Positions 7,247 through 18,381 of a DNA stretch of 64,000 nt are shown here, one piece after another (positions within the stretch are counted from its first letter, which is position 1; every line of letters starts with the position of its first letter). Source of the DNA: a virus; the IMG/VR virus record IMGVR_UViG_3300034092_003233, positions 11,050-75,049 of that record; one strand, 5' to 3'. The notes under the pieces were generated by a model, which was given only the letters and a program-made list of their open reading frames with translations, was not told the origin of the DNA and did not search any database. The translations under genes were made by a program, and so were the position numbers.

Positions 7247-8176
7247 TTATATAGTGGCTTTAAGCCGTTTTGCTACCCATTCTGCCACATTCACCGTGAC
7301 AGCATTTCCCATCTGATTATATCTTGCGCTATTAGATAATCCCTCTGTCCAATTATCAGGAAACCCCTGAAGTCTTTCCGTTTCAATTGGAGTAAGATAT
7401 CTAACTCTATCTTCGTTTTCTATTACTAAAACACTAGATCTTTGTCTGACATCAAATAAATTTAAAGTGTTTGCGTAATCAGTTTCTATCCAAGTCTCAA
7501 AGTCTTTTTTTGTTTGTGCTTTTCTAGACTTTCTAATTGTTATGGGGTATTTTTGATCAGGTTCGTCAAAGAGAGAGTTAACGGTGGATACAAAGTTTTT
7601 CCGTTGCGCTGTCCTCGCTCTAGAATCCCCTCGCATGTCTTCTTTGAGAGCAAGTACTTCTGATGCGCGTTCTCCTGCAAGATCTGCGATAACGAACACT
7701 CTTTCTCTTCTTTGGGGAACACCGAAGAATCTGCTGTCCAAAACTCTCCATGCGATAGATTTAGGGTTCCACTGTTTGACCATTTCGTGGAGAACGACGG
7801 CGAAATCCCTTCCTTTATTGCTTGTGAGCATTCCGGGGACATTTTCGACCACCACGAAGGATGGTTGTTTTGGCATGTCTCTGACGATTCGAATAAACTC
7901 ATAAAATAATCCTGATCTTTCTCCTGCTAATCCTTTTCTATTTCCAGCCACAGACAAATCTTGACACGGAAATCCACCAACAACCACATCTACTGATTCT
8001 ATTTTGGTTGGATCTATAGAGCAAACATCATCATATATTTTTGTATTTGGAAAATGTTTGCTGAGAATATTTCTGCATGTTTTCTCTTTATCACATGCCC
8101 AAGAAATAGAAAACCCTTGACGCTCAAATCCGAGATCAAGACCTCCAACTCCTGAGAATAACGATCCTACCTTCAT
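7247..8176 (-). CDS. dcm: DNA (cytosine-5) methyltransferase
   Basis: SLFSGVGG (I), GGFPCQD (IV), ENVPG (VI), QRRERVF (VIII), RLQGFPD and QMGNAV (IX/X). Confidence 0.95.
   Translation of the reverse strand: MKVGSLFSGVGGLDLGFERQGFSISWACDKEKTCRNILSKHFPNTKIYDDVCSIDPTKIESVDVVVGGFPCQDLSVAGNRKGLAGERSGLFYEFIRIVRDMPKQPSFVVVENVPGMLTSNKGRDFAVVLHEMVKQWNPKSIAWRVLDSRFFGVPQRRERVFVIADLAGERASEVLALKEDMRGDSRARTAQRKNFVSTVNSLFDEPDQKYPITIRKSRKAQTKKDFETWIETDYANTLNLFDVRQRSSVLVIENEDRVRYLTPIETERLQGFPDNWTEGLSNSARYNQMGNAVTVNVAEWVAKRLKATI
7540..7902 (-). CDS. Nested alternative-frame polypeptide resembling the beta subunit of heterodimeric C5 MTases (M.EcoHK31I type)
   Basis: Lies wholly within dcm in another frame; contains CSLSQILQE...KYLLSKKTCEGILERG; AGGA 7 nt before its ATG. 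Confidence 0.65.
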   Translation of the reverse strand: MSLFESSETCQNNHPSWWSKMSPECSQAIKEGISPSFSTKWSNSGTLNLSHGEFWTADSSVFPKEEKECSLSQILQENAHQKYLLSKKTCEGILERGQRNGKTLYPPLTLSLTNLIKNTP

Positions 8177-8371
8177 TTATTGCTTACCAGAGTTCATACA
8201 AGTTTTTGTTGACTTTGGTGGTTTTATTGTATCCCGAATTATTCCACACATGATTCCATATAATACCACAGGAATTAGAAATAGTAAACAACCATATAGA
8301 ACAAATGGATCATGCCATTTTGTGGGTCTATAATCGTCATAAAGATGATTGTTCGATTGCATATGTTCCAA
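8177..8371 (-). CDS. Small membrane protein
   Basis: 64 aa with one hydrophobic helix; fills the gap in the operon. Confidence 0.45.
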   Translation of the reverse strand: MEHMQSNNHLYDDYRPTKWHDPFVLYGCLLFLIPVVLYGIMCGIIRDTIKPPKSTKTCMNSGKQ

Positions 8372-9107
8372 TTTTTAGTTCTCCTTTGATATCCTCATAG
8401 AGAAAAGTGCAGTTATCTTTTTCAGTCCAGCATCCGCAGTTTGCGTATACCGTCCCATGCACTTCCGCAATCTTTGGATTGTGAAGATGTCCGCATATCA
8501 CACCATCATACTTCTTGTCCTTGGCGTATCTGCATATGACATCTTCAAAACTTTCAATGAACTGTGCTGCCCTCTTTACTTTAATCTTTACATACTTGGA
8601 CAAAGACCAGTATCGCATTCCTAATGCTCTACGACACCAATTGAAGATTTCATTTAGATCAAGCATAATTTCGTATCCAATGTCTCCAAGTTTGTAAACA
8701 GAAGAACTGATTGGATATTTGGTTAGCAAATCAAACTGATGTCCGTGAAGAACGAGAAACTTCTTTCCGTTCTTGGTGGTGTAATCCATTCTCTCGTACA
8801 GAGAAATGTTTCCAAATATTTCATGCCCTATAAACTTTGCCATGAACTCGTCATGGTTTCCATAGATGTAATGAACCTTGGTTCCCTTGCGAGAAAGTTT
8901 CAACAATCTTTCCACGACTTCAACCTGCCCAATCTGCTTCTCATGGCGCATGGAGAATGCGTCCTTGAATCTCCAAATGTCTATGATATCACCTACCAAG
9001 TAGATGTTATCGAAGGTATTGAACTTCAGGAAGTCTATGAGAGGCTTGTGTTTTGCCTTCTTGGAGGCAAGGTGAAAGTCTGACAGAAAGACTGTTGTGT
9101 AATGCAT
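8337..9107 (-). CDS. Calcineurin-like metallophosphoesterase, LpxH/YbbF (UDP-2,3-diacylglucosamine hydrolase)-like
   Basis: SDFH, GDIID, GNHD, HGH and GHLH motifs. Confidence 0.85.
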   Translation of the reverse strand: MHYTTVFLSDFHLASKKAKHKPLIDFLKFNTFDNIYLVGDIIDIWRFKDAFSMRHEKQIGQVEVVERLLKLSRKGTKVHYIYGNHDEFMAKFIGHEIFGNISLYERMDYTTKNGKKFLVLHGHQFDLLTKYPISSSVYKLGDIGYEIMLDLNEIFNWCRRALGMRYWSLSKYVKIKVKRAAQFIESFEDVICRYAKDKKYDGVICGHLHNPKIAEVHGTVYANCGCWTEKDNCTFLYEDIKGELKIGTYAIEQSSL

Positions 9108-11026
9108 TATGTGATATCAACTACTTCGCACTTATCGCCGGTACAAGCAAAGGTTTGAGTGCCAGAAGTCTTATCTTCTTTTTCATACTTCACAAGATCT
9201 GACCAATTAACATTTTTTGGCATCTTCTCAAGGAGTGCCATGTATTCTTCCTTACTGCACTCTTGATATGGTGCTTGACGATAATTGTGATCACTGTGTG
9301 GTAGGAATGATATACCACTGATTTCATCGAAGTGTTTATATACCCAAGCACCGACATCCATCCATTCATTTTCACGAACGGTTACAGTAATACTTGGCTT
9401 ATGCTCACACCAATGACGCTGATACACCAACCAAAGTTCTAGGTGCTCAATTGCACCCAAATCATTACGAGTCAGACATCCCTCTGGTGACTTCGTTGGG
9501 AAGGAGAATACCATTACAGAATCGGGTTTCATTACGCACTTTTCGTGAGGGAATCCCATGTCCATCATCATTTTACACAATGGATCCTTTTGATCTGCAC
9601 GAACAGTACGAATATAGTATTCGCTGTGTCTTGGGTGAATACCAGATGCGGCATCTACTAATTGCGAAACTGTGCCAGATGGTTTTATGCAAGTAATGGC
9701 GGCAGCAGATTCAATTCCAATTTTTGATGCATACTCTTTGTTTACTTCTACTGCAATGTTTTTAAGTTTGACAAGACCCTTTTCCAAATTAATAACATCA
9801 TTTGCCATATGTTCATTGTCAAGAATTCCTGTTAGAGATACGCCCAGAAGTGCCTCTTCCTCACAGTTCTTCTTCCATTCGCTGGAAAGATATGGGAAGT
9901 TCGTTAAAGACGCTTGGAATGTACCTAGGATCGTCGCTAAACGAACCTTACGAGCAAGATTGTCTGCGGTGTCATCTGCTCGCACAACGACTTCTGTGAG
10001 GTTACAGAACTCTCTATCTCGTAGAATGATTTCAGAGCAAGGATTGGTTCCAAACTCATAGTTTGGATCACGACGATCCCCTAGTTTGGCAACAGTCTTT
10101 TTGCAAGCCTCACGATTAAAGATACCGCGCTCGCCACTCTTGCTCTTATAAAGAGACATCCATTCTTCCATAAAGATGCCCATGTCTGGCTTTTCTTTGT
10201 ATGCAACTGAGTTATTGGCCAAGGCGCGTTGGGGATTGTCGTTCCACCATGCTCCTGACTTTGCATCGCGCATTCTCTCATCAGTGAGGTTGCTAAGTGA
10301 AATAAGTGCGGATCGTCGCACACCTCCAACCACGACAACCTCTGCAATTTTACAAACGATATCATGACATTCGATGGAAGTGAGTTTTCTACCTGAAGCC
10401 TTTTTAAAAGTTTCAATTGTAAACTTAAAGAGATCTTCCAATGGCCCCGGTCCCGATGCACGACCCCCAAATGTTTTAAGTCTCGCGCCAGCAGGACGAA
10501 CCTTTGAGACATCCCATTTTGGAATTTGACCTCCAATGAGTAGGGAGACAAGTTCCCTATAGGCTTTAGCCCAACCAGCCTTGCTATCTTGGACAACAAT
10601 AGTGGTTTCACTGTTAGTAAACTCCTCTGTAATAGTTGGAAGTTTTTCTATGTATTGTCTTTCAACAGAAAACCCAACTCCGGTGCCGCACATGAGTATG
10701 TATAGAATTTCATCAAACGCACGAACACGGTTCACTGCAACATAAGAACAGTTATAACCGGCGGTGTTATCACGCTCAAGTGCTTCTCCCGCAGTCATCA
10801 GTGCTCTCATGCTTGGCATGATTTCTAAATTCAACACAGAAGTTTCTAATTCAGAACGAAGTTCTTGAGACAAAGTAAACTTATGCTTTGTCTTTAAGTG
10901 ATTTTCAAAAAAGTTAAAATACCGCTTAACAGTTTCCTCCCATGTCTCTCTGCGGTTCTCACTTTCAATCCATCTAGAATAGCGAGAAAGATGGATAAAA
11001 TCTTGATAAAGGGTAGGTAAACTCAT
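9107..11026 (-). CDS. nrdJ: Class II (adenosylcobalamin-dependent) ribonucleotide reductase
   Basis: MPSMRAL, YNCS, VVVGGVRRSALI, TNPCSEI, IKPSGTVSQL and C-terminal CTGDKC; no nrdB adjacent. Confidence 0.9.
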   Translation of the reverse strand: MSLPTLYQDFIHLSRYSRWIESENRRETWEETVKRYFNFFENHLKTKHKFTLSQELRSELETSVLNLEIMPSMRALMTAGEALERDNTAGYNCSYVAVNRVRAFDEILYILMCGTGVGFSVERQYIEKLPTITEEFTNSETTIVVQDSKAGWAKAYRELVSLLIGGQIPKWDVSKVRPAGARLKTFGGRASGPGPLEDLFKFTIETFKKASGRKLTSIECHDIVCKIAEVVVVGGVRRSALISLSNLTDERMRDAKSGAWWNDNPQRALANNSVAYKEKPDMGIFMEEWMSLYKSKSGERGIFNREACKKTVAKLGDRRDPNYEFGTNPCSEIILRDREFCNLTEVVVRADDTADNLARKVRLATILGTFQASLTNFPYLSSEWKKNCEEEALLGVSLTGILDNEHMANDVINLEKGLVKLKNIAVEVNKEYASKIGIESAAAITCIKPSGTVSQLVDAASGIHPRHSEYYIRTVRADQKDPLCKMMMDMGFPHEKCVMKPDSVMVFSFPTKSPEGCLTRNDLGAIEHLELWLVYQRHWCEHKPSITVTVRENEWMDVGAWVYKHFDEISGISFLPHSDHNYRQAPYQECSKEEYMALLEKMPKNVNWSDLVKYEKEDKTSGTQTFACTGDKCEVVDIT

Positions 11027-11058
11027 TTGGTATTTCTCCTGAAAATTAAGTTGGTGTT

Positions 11059-11769
11059 TTATGTAGTTGAATTAGTAAGGGTTTTCCACGAAACGGGAAA
11101 GAGTGGTTGAATTATTTTGGCAATTGCATCTGCATACTGACGAACTTCCCATTGCGCATGAACATCACTTCTTTGATGATATACTCGCGCAAAAGCAGAC
11201 AAAGATCCAGTCCACCACCACTCGGTATAAGTTCCTTGAGGAAGAACTGATCTTGCTTGCTCGGGGGCAACTCCCAAATCAATCAATTGTTGATATGTTT
11301 CTACTGCATCTTTAATAGTAAATTCATAATGACGATTTGCTGTGTTATATTGTTCGTTGATTGGCATAAAATCTTCAGAACCTTGCTTTGCTCCGCCTGT
11401 TGGTTTTCCTCTCCAACGAGGAGAATATACCACCGGAGACTCGCTAACATACCTACGGGATACTTCATTTTCGACAAATCCAACTTTATGTTTAAAAAGT
11501 TGAGTCCGTATGAAAATAGGAGCCTTAATTCTGAGAGTAATTTGTGGATGGGCAAACGGTGTCCAGTGTTTATGTTTAGCAAGATAAGAAATTAGTTTTT
11601 CATCCTTTTTGGATAACTTTCGTTCACGAACCATGTTCCAATCCGGTTCGCTATCCCAATCACTTTCCTTATTGAAGGAGACTCTGGCTGCATTAACTAC
11701 AGTCAAATCGTTTCCCATATAATCAACAAGTTCAACAAATCCATAATCTAATACATCAATCTTTTTCAT
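11059..11769 (-). CDS. thyX: FAD-dependent thymidylate synthase
   Basis: VNAARVS, HWTPF, NEVSRRY, PEQARSVLP and HAQWEVR; start taken at MKKIDVLD. Confidence 0.93.
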   Translation of the reverse strand: MKKIDVLDYGFVELVDYMGNDLTVVNAARVSFNKESDWDSEPDWNMVRERKLSKKDEKLISYLAKHKHWTPFAHPQITLRIKAPIFIRTQLFKHKVGFVENEVSRRYVSESPVVYSPRWRGKPTGGAKQGSEDFMPINEQYNTANRHYEFTIKDAVETYQQLIDLGVAPEQARSVLPQGTYTEWWWTGSLSAFARVYHQRSDVHAQWEVRQYADAIAKIIQPLFPVSWKTLTNSTT

Positions 11770-12166
11770 CTTGTTTGTCCTCATCCTTTAAGTGATAAAA
11801 TTTAACTCGTCCTACTCCACCATAATCACTAGAATATTCTACTGCTTTTTTCCACAACTCTGGATTTATTTCTTTAATTCTGTCTGCAAATTTCATATAA
11901 ATGTTAATTATAGCATAGATAAAATCAGTATCATCCAATTCCGGATCGATTGGAGAGTAATAAAACTCTTCTTCCTCTATTACCTTTATCCCATACTCTT
12001 CTGCAAATGAGTGTGCATAAGTCATGGCGGTGTCACAAATTTCTTTTTCCATTTCGCAAACATATTCTTTAAAATGTATTCCAAAATTCAAAAAAGATTT
12101 AGTCATCTCTTCGCCATATTCTTCAAAGAATTCTTCATCTGATTCTTCCATTACACTTTTTTCCAA
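11756..12166 (-). CDS. Acidic hypothetical protein
   Basis: 136-aa ORF overlapping both neighbours; weak internal duplication. Confidence 0.55.
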   Translation of the reverse strand: MEKSVMEESDEEFFEEYGEEMTKSFLNFGIHFKEYVCEMEKEICDTAMTYAHSFAEEYGIKVIEEEEFYYSPIDPELDDTDFIYAIINIYMKFADRIKEINPELWKKAVEYSSDYGGVGRVKFYHLKDEDKQDEKD

Positions 12167-13158
12167 TCATTTAATTTAAGTTTTGCTTGTAACCCAGTAT
12201 AAGTATTGTTTGTTATTATTTCAACTAATTGTTCGGTTGTTTTACCGGATAAAATCATATCATTGATATCCTTTTCCCGAATTGTCGATGGCCAAATAAC
12301 AACATTGAATTTCTTCTCAATCAATGACTCTATAGTTTTAACAACATTTTTGTTTCTTGGCTCGTTATCAATAACAAAGATCAATTTCTTTTCCTTTATA
12401 AAATCCGGAATAGTAATAGTAGAATCCATTCCAAGTGTTGCTACTCCATTTGGAAGAAACATAGAATCAATAGGACCCTCCAGAACAAATACAGGTTCAC
12501 TCGAAATTTTATTCAAACCATACCAGAGTCGTTCCGCGCCCTTTTTCTTGATTGTTACATAACGAATTGATTTTGAATCTAAAGATCTACCCTGAACACC
12601 AATTAGAGTATTTTCTTCATCATAGATGGGGATAACCAATCTACTTTCTTTTGTCAGATCCTTTTTCTCTGGATCTATAGATTGTGCAACACTGGCAAAG
12701 TCTTCAGTAAAATACAATGTTTTCATAAAAGCCGATGGTATCTTTCGGGAAAGTACATATTTTTTACATGGATGACTATCGGGAAGGGTGGATACGGACA
12801 CACACCCCACTAATTCTGTTTTTTTGAATTTTGGTTTCTCAAACTTTATCTTTGGTTTCTTATAATTTGATTTACCATTTTCTCCATTCATCCATCTTTG
12901 TATTGCGTATTCTTTGCAATGAGTAGGAGAAATTTGTTCTAGAAAATTGTATAGATTGCTGCTGAAATTACAATTGTGACACTTGTAGAAAAAATCATTT
13001 CCTTTTTGAAAGAAAAATCCTCTTGCTTTGTTTTTGTGCTTTTGTGAATCCCCACAAATTGGGCATCTACAATTTGCAAGAGTTTCTTTTTTCCATGCAA
13101 ACTTTTCTAGCATAGAAGAAATCATGTTGATAAACATTTTGTCGATGTAAGTTGACAT
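12151..13158 (-). CDS. gp61: DNA primase (T4 gp61-like)
   Basis: Zn finger CPICGDS...KCHNC; TOPRIM EGPIDS and DNEPRN, KDINDM. Confidence 0.93.
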   Translation of the reverse strand: MSTYIDKMFINMISSMLEKFAWKKETLANCRCPICGDSQKHKNKARGFFFQKGNDFFYKCHNCNFSSNLYNFLEQISPTHCKEYAIQRWMNGENGKSNYKKPKIKFEKPKFKKTELVGCVSVSTLPDSHPCKKYVLSRKIPSAFMKTLYFTEDFASVAQSIDPEKKDLTKESRLVIPIYDEENTLIGVQGRSLDSKSIRYVTIKKKGAERLWYGLNKISSEPVFVLEGPIDSMFLPNGVATLGMDSTITIPDFIKEKKLIFVIDNEPRNKNVVKTIESLIEKKFNVVIWPSTIREKDINDMILSGKTTEQLVEIITNNTYTGLQAKLKLNDWKKV

Positions 13159-14567
13159 TAGAACTTCCAGTCTCCTGTTGAGGATGTTTTCAGTTTCTTA
13201 AATTTATCTCTCATGTCATAACCAGATCCGGCTTCTTGTTCGTCTGTTGTGTTTCCTGCCACCAAAGTTGGTTGCTCAACACTAGGAACATCGAACAATT
13301 TCATTTTTGCTCGATTTAGCCCAACAACAAATTTACGATTAGACATGGCATTATTGTAGCGATTCTTTAGTTGCTTTACCATGATTTGATTCTGCTCTTC
13401 AAGTTCGTCAGTAGAAATTAAAGCAATCATAAAATCTGTAGTGGCTGGCAAACCAAAAGATTCTGAAGTATTTTCAAGACCAACATCAGTGTTTGAATAT
13501 CCCTCACGATTTGTTTGCGTGGCAGTCCAAATAGGAATATCTTTTTCTACAGCAAGTGCGCGTAGTTCTTCTGCAATCGCTTTAATCAGCGTATAAGAGT
13601 TAACAGCACCGTTATTCCGTATTCGGGATGATGCACAAATATTTAAGTAATCAATAAAGATGATGTCTGGTTTGAATCCCTTTTTGATCTGTAATTCATC
13701 CAAGAGAGCACGAAAGTGTGTTGCACCAGCACTAGATGTTGGATATTCTTTGATAATCAATCTTGAATTGATATTCTTTGCGACATTATCAATTTTCTTT
13801 AAATAAGAACTTAATGGCATGTCCTTTAGATCATCCATAGTAACATCAAGTAGATTTGCATCGATTCTTTCTGCTATTCTCTCTTCTGCCATTTCACAAG
13901 TGATGTAAAGCACATTGTGATTCTGTACTAAACAGTTTGCAGCATGATGGCACAAAAATAATGATTTACCTACGCCAGTACCAGCCATTACCACATTAAG
14001 AGTTTTAGTTGGTGTTCCGCCTGCTGTAATTGTATTGAGATATTCAAGATCGAATGCAATCTTTCTTTCCTTTTGGTGGTAGAATTCAAATCGCTTCTCT
14101 GAATCATTGGTGTAATCGTGTCCAATGTGAACATCAAATGATACAGACAATGCTTTCGACAACAGTTCAGGAATTGCAGTTTTATTTCTTGATGTGTCTT
14201 TCCCATCAATAATCTGAATTGATTCCATGATTGAATTATAAATTGCTTTGTCTTTGCAGAAATTTTCTGTTTCGTTTACAAGCCAATCTTGATTTATTGA
14301 AGCAGAAAAATCAAATTCTTCAACAATAGAATTACATTCATTGAATTCTTGTTCTGATACGGTTTTTAGTTTTTCCAATGATATAATCACCGCTTCCTTT
14401 GAGGGAACGGTGTTATATTTGGTAAAAAACTCTAAAATGTTTTGAAAAATCAGTCTTTCAGATTTTTCATGGAAATATTCACTCTTTAAAAATGGGATCA
14501 CCTTGCGACAATAATTTTCGTTCGTCATCAATGTCCGTAATATTGTCAGTTCGATCCTCGAATTCAT
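13158..14567 (-). CDS. gp41: Replicative helicase (T4 gp41-like)
   Basis: AGTGVGKS Walker A, CEMAEERIAERIDAN, DYLNI, SESFGLPATTD. Confidence 0.95.
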   Translation of the reverse strand: MNSRIELTILRTLMTNENYCRKVIPFLKSEYFHEKSERLIFQNILEFFTKYNTVPSKEAVIISLEKLKTVSEQEFNECNSIVEEFDFSASINQDWLVNETENFCKDKAIYNSIMESIQIIDGKDTSRNKTAIPELLSKALSVSFDVHIGHDYTNDSEKRFEFYHQKERKIAFDLEYLNTITAGGTPTKTLNVVMAGTGVGKSLFLCHHAANCLVQNHNVLYITCEMAEERIAERIDANLLDVTMDDLKDMPLSSYLKKIDNVAKNINSRLIIKEYPTSSAGATHFRALLDELQIKKGFKPDIIFIDYLNICASSRIRNNGAVNSYTLIKAIAEELRALAVEKDIPIWTATQTNREGYSNTDVGLENTSESFGLPATTDFMIALISTDELEEQNQIMVKQLKNRYNNAMSNRKFVVGLNRAKMKLFDVPSVEQPTLVAGNTTDEQEAGSGYDMRDKFKKLKTSSTGDWKF

Positions 14568-14841
14568 CCTTAGTTTCCTCAATCCAATTTTCTAAAAGGT
14601 TCACCAATACATCACCAACTAGTTTAAAAAATACATCATCTAGTTTAACATCATTTGGATTTTTTACAATAATCGGATCAAATATAAATTTGGCAGTTGT
14701 TTTGTCTTCGGATTCAGACACACTAATTTTTCCATAAGTGTATTCTACTCCAACATATGGACCATCTTTTATGCGAATAATTACAAAATCTTCGTGAGTC
14801 TGATCGGATGCTTCGTAAAGATCATTTATCGATTTTTCCAT
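14479..14841 (-). CDS. gp40-like protein (head vertex assembly chaperone position)
   Basis: Between uvsX and gp41 as T4 gp40 is; [18 protein letters not shown]...VGDVLVNLL. Confidence 0.5.
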   Translation of the reverse strand: MEKSINDLYEASDQTHEDFVIIRIKDGPYVGVEYTYGKISVSESEDKTTAKFIFDPIIVKNPNDVKLDDVFFKLVGDVLVNLLENWIEETKDEFEDRTDNITDIDDERKLLSQGDPIFKE

Positions 14842-15832
14842 ATTTAAAATCCTTTTGAATCATTTCATCTAACTTGTCCAAAATATCCTTAGTAAAATAC
14901 TTTTCTGGTTCTTCGTTGATGTTTTTCATAAACACCTTTGATCCATCTGGCAATTCAATTCGTGTAGAAACACTCTTGAATATTCCGTATTCTACTGCCA
15001 ATTCAGCCAAACCATGATATCGACTAAGACCTGTTTCATAGTTCAAACGAGTTTCGATTTCCATGTTTTCTTTAGCAAAACGATTTTTGTAGTTTTTGCA
15101 AGTAATGAAATTACCAACAACTCCCTCATCAGTCTTATCCTTTTTTTTGCTCAAGAATAGAATTGTGCTCGCTGCATACTTAACACCACTACCACCAGAT
15201 AAATCCTTGGTTGGAACATAAGAACCAACAACTTGATATGTGTGGTTTGTGATTACCATTGGAATTTTTGCCTTACCAAGTTTTGCAGTTAACACACGAA
15301 ATGCTCCCTTGACTAATTGCGCCTTAGTCATATCACGAACATTTTTTCCCTCTGCTGTGTCGTTCATTTCTTTTTCGGTTGACAACATACCAAGAGAATC
15401 AAGACACATTAAAAGTGGTTTTCTCTTTGACTCCTCTTCTTCTAGATAAGAATTTACAATCTTAAGAGCCTGTGTCTTAAACTCTTCAATTGTAAGAACC
15501 GGAACAATAGCGATTCTTGATGAGTCAATTCCTCTTCCTTCAAGCATATCGCTATTGATTGCATTTTCTGTGTCAAAGTACAAAACCATAGATTCTGGAT
15601 TGGTATCCAAAAAGTTTTTACAAATTCCAAGCGCAAAGAAAGTTTTACCTGTTGCTTGTTCACCAGCCAAACAAGTAATTCTGTTGTTTGCAAATCCACC
15701 ATAAAGGCTTCCGCTAAGGAGTGCATTTAGTGAATATGAGCCAGTATCTACAAAACTAGTAGTTTCTGTGCTTTCGGCAGCAATGAATGCGTCTTGGTTT
15801 CCTGTAACTTTCAGTAATGATTTAATGTTCAT
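14822..15832 (-). CDS. uvsX: RecA-like recombinase UvsX
   Basis: [40 protein letters not shown]. Confidence 0.95.
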   Translation of the reverse strand: MNIKSLLKVTGNQDAFIAAESTETTSFVDTGSYSLNALLSGSLYGGFANNRITCLAGEQATGKTFFALGICKNFLDTNPESMVLYFDTENAINSDMLEGRGIDSSRIAIVPVLTIEEFKTQALKIVNSYLEEEESKRKPLLMCLDSLGMLSTEKEMNDTAEGKNVRDMTKAQLVKGAFRVLTAKLGKAKIPMVITNHTYQVVGSYVPTKDLSGGSGVKYAASTILFLSKKKDKTDEGVVGNFITCKNYKNRFAKENMEIETRLNYETGLSRYHGLAELAVEYGIFKSVSTRIELPDGSKVFMKNINEEPEKYFTKDILDKLDEMIQKDFKYGKIDK

Positions 15833-18381
15833 ATAAAATAATCCTCAAGAGTGTTTTGTTTTTCTGCGTTCCAACCAATCACATCAAGAATGTTCTTTAG
15901 TGGATCTAAGAATGTTTTTTCGAACTGTGTATCGTAGTCAATATATGTATGGAGATCAAGTTCATTTGGGAGGGAATTTAAAAATGTAATAACTTGATCC
16001 TTGCCATTTGGACCACATATTGGATTAGGCGACTTCAAATAAACGAATTTAATTTTGTCCCCGTCACCGATCAATTTGTATTTCTTTTCTAATTTTAATT
16101 TGCGAACATAATGATTGTGTAAAAGTGCTCCCTTTACAGCAATAGGCGTAGATTTACGATAAATCATAGTTGGATCATGATAATCTTTTAATCCATTTAC
16201 GCTTCTTGGAAATGCAATCTCTTCGGGTGACAAAGAAATGAATTTTTCTTTGAAGGAAGAAACAAATTCAATTAGTTCATCCTCCGATCCATTCATGATA
16301 ATATCAATTGCCTTTTTGAGTTTATCACGAACAACCTGTGGAGTTGAACTACGAGTTGTTTCAATTCCTTTGATCTTTAATTTAACTGATTTGTAACGAA
16401 CTCCTTCGCTATCCCAAACATTCAACATGTACCGTTTCTTCGCAGTCCAAATTCCTTTGCTTGCGATAACTTCTCGTTTCATGTGCATGTAATTTCCAGC
16501 ACAGTTCATCAACTTTGCTAGTTCTTCATATTTTTCTTCGATAAATGGTTCTATTAGTTTACTGACAGATTTATCAAGAAAGTCCACAATTTTGTCAATA
16601 TTTTTTTCATTTTTCAACACTTTTTTAACTAAAGAATCAAGGCAAATATAAATGGAATCAGTATCACTCGCAACAATGTAATCAACATCTGCTGTCTTGA
16701 GAGTTTCGTTAAGATACTTATTCAGTGCTCTTTCTATCCAACGAATGTTTAACTGACCAGAAAGTGTAACTGCTTCTGCCAGATCTGTGTCATAATACCT
16801 AAAAAATTCATTTCCGATTGCACCATAGGCTGAGTTTAATTGAATTTTACGAACAAGTTGGAAGTTGTTATATTTTGAAATATCATAATCCAACTTGATT
16901 TTTTCTTTCAAGTCAGTACAAGTCTCCCTTTTCTTTTCCGCATCAATCATCAAATTTTTGAAGTGTTTGCGTTCTTTATACATTTTTTCCATTAAAGCAG
17001 GAAACACCCCCTGAACATCTTTGCGAAATGTTACACCGTTTGCAGCAACAATTTCATTTCTGTTTTTGGCATCATCAAAGACTTGAACCGGATCCAAGAA
17101 AGTTTTAATTGGTTTACCTTCTTCCCGATCAAAAATAGAATCTGGTGTTAAATTGCCGGGTTTGCCCCAATCGGTTTTGGTTTCGGGAGAAATGTTATAT
17201 TGCATAATCAAATGCGGATATAGACTGTTTAAGTCAAGAGAAACAACCCAATTATAAAGACCGGGGATTGGTTCTTTAACATAAGCGCCAGCATATTGTC
17301 TATCTTTGCTATTATGTTTTTTTGGAGGAATCACAATACCACGCGCGTGGAGATAATGGAAAACGATTGCGTCCCAAGTCCGAACCTGACTGAAAATATC
17401 CATCAAATTTACTTTGGCTGAATATGCCAGCGCAACCGCAAGTTCCATGAGTCGTAACTTCTCCTCTAATTTTTTGATTAGAGTTACATCGTGAACATTG
17501 TATTCAATGAATTTTTGAAAGTCATTTTTGTAAAATTCATGAATGCTTTCGTACTCCGAATACGAAAGTTTACCCTCACCTAATTCAATGTTTGCGATGT
17601 TATCAAGACGGTACGACTCTTGATTGGTGTAAGTAAATGTAAGATAAAGTTCATAATAATCCAGTGTTGCAATCCCTGCAAGATCGTAAACATTATGATC
17701 TTTATTCCTACGATTTACCACCTTTTGATTTACAATATTCCAAAAAGAAAGACGCTTTGCTTCTTTTGTTCCCAGTATTATCGATATACGGGAATACAAA
17801 TATGGAATATCGAAGAATCGGATATTCCAACCAGTAACAATATCAGGTGCTAGAGATTGCCAAAAGTTGAGAAAATCCATAAGCATCGTTGCTTCATCAT
17901 CATAGCACTTAACATGATGATTCGCAGAGATACCTTTAAATGAGTTCAAACCAAAAGTAAAGTACTTTTCATCACAATAAATTGTGATTGCATTCACCCG
18001 CTCCACCGGATTTTCCATATTTGGAAACCCAGACTCGCATTCTGTCTCAATATCAATGATTGCTATTCTTAATTTTGAGTAATCATAGTCAATCTCACCG
18101 GAATATCGTTCTGCCAAAAACGGATAAACAAAATCCATGTTTCCATAGATTTCAAAATTAGACACATCTTCATACTCTTTCACAAAGTTTTTTGCTTCTG
18201 ACATGGAATCAAATTCCATTTCTGAAACAGAAACTCCGGTTAGAGTTGTGTGTGTCGAATTTTTACCCTTGATATAGAGTTTAGGTTGATATTGAACTCG
18301 TTCAGAAGTTCTCTTATTGTCCCGTATCTCACGAACAAGAATATTATTTCCGTAGACAAATGCGTTCGTATAAAAATTCAT
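15829..18381 (-). CDS. gp43: Family B DNA polymerase (T4 gp43-like)
   Basis: DIETE exo [34 protein letters not shown]; start taken at MNFYTN. Confidence 0.97.
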   Translation of the reverse strand: MNFYTNAFVYGNNILVREIRDNKRTSERVQYQPKLYIKGKNSTHTTLTGVSVSEMEFDSMSEAKNFVKEYEDVSNFEIYGNMDFVYPFLAERYSGEIDYDYSKLRIAIIDIETECESGFPNMENPVERVNAITIYCDEKYFTFGLNSFKGISANHHVKCYDDEATMLMDFLNFWQSLAPDIVTGWNIRFFDIPYLYSRISIILGTKEAKRLSFWNIVNQKVVNRRNKDHNVYDLAGIATLDYYELYLTFTYTNQESYRLDNIANIELGEGKLSYSEYESIHEFYKNDFQKFIEYNVHDVTLIKKLEEKLRLMELAVALAYSAKVNLMDIFSQVRTWDAIVFHYLHARGIVIPPKKHNSKDRQYAGAYVKEPIPGLYNWVVSLDLNSLYPHLIMQYNISPETKTDWGKPGNLTPDSIFDREEGKPIKTFLDPVQVFDDAKNRNEIVAANGVTFRKDVQGVFPALMEKMYKERKHFKNLMIDAEKKRETCTDLKEKIKLDYDISKYNNFQLVRKIQLNSAYGAIGNEFFRYYDTDLAEAVTLSGQLNIRWIERALNKYLNETLKTADVDYIVASDTDSIYICLDSLVKKVLKNEKNIDKIVDFLDKSVSKLIEPFIEEKYEELAKLMNCAGNYMHMKREVIASKGIWTAKKRYMLNVWDSEGVRYKSVKLKIKGIETTRSSTPQVVRDKLKKAIDIIMNGSEDELIEFVSSFKEKFISLSPEEIAFPRSVNGLKDYHDPTMIYRKSTPIAVKGALLHNHYVRKLKLEKKYKLIGDGDKIKFVYLKSPNPICGPNGKDQVITFLNSLPNELDLHTYIDYDTQFEKTFLDPLKNILDVIGWNAEKQNTLEDYFI

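Noticed and set aside
9107-18381. Inteins or group I introns in RNR, helicase, UvsX or polymerase
   Set aside because: All ORFs are of normal length with contiguous motifs.
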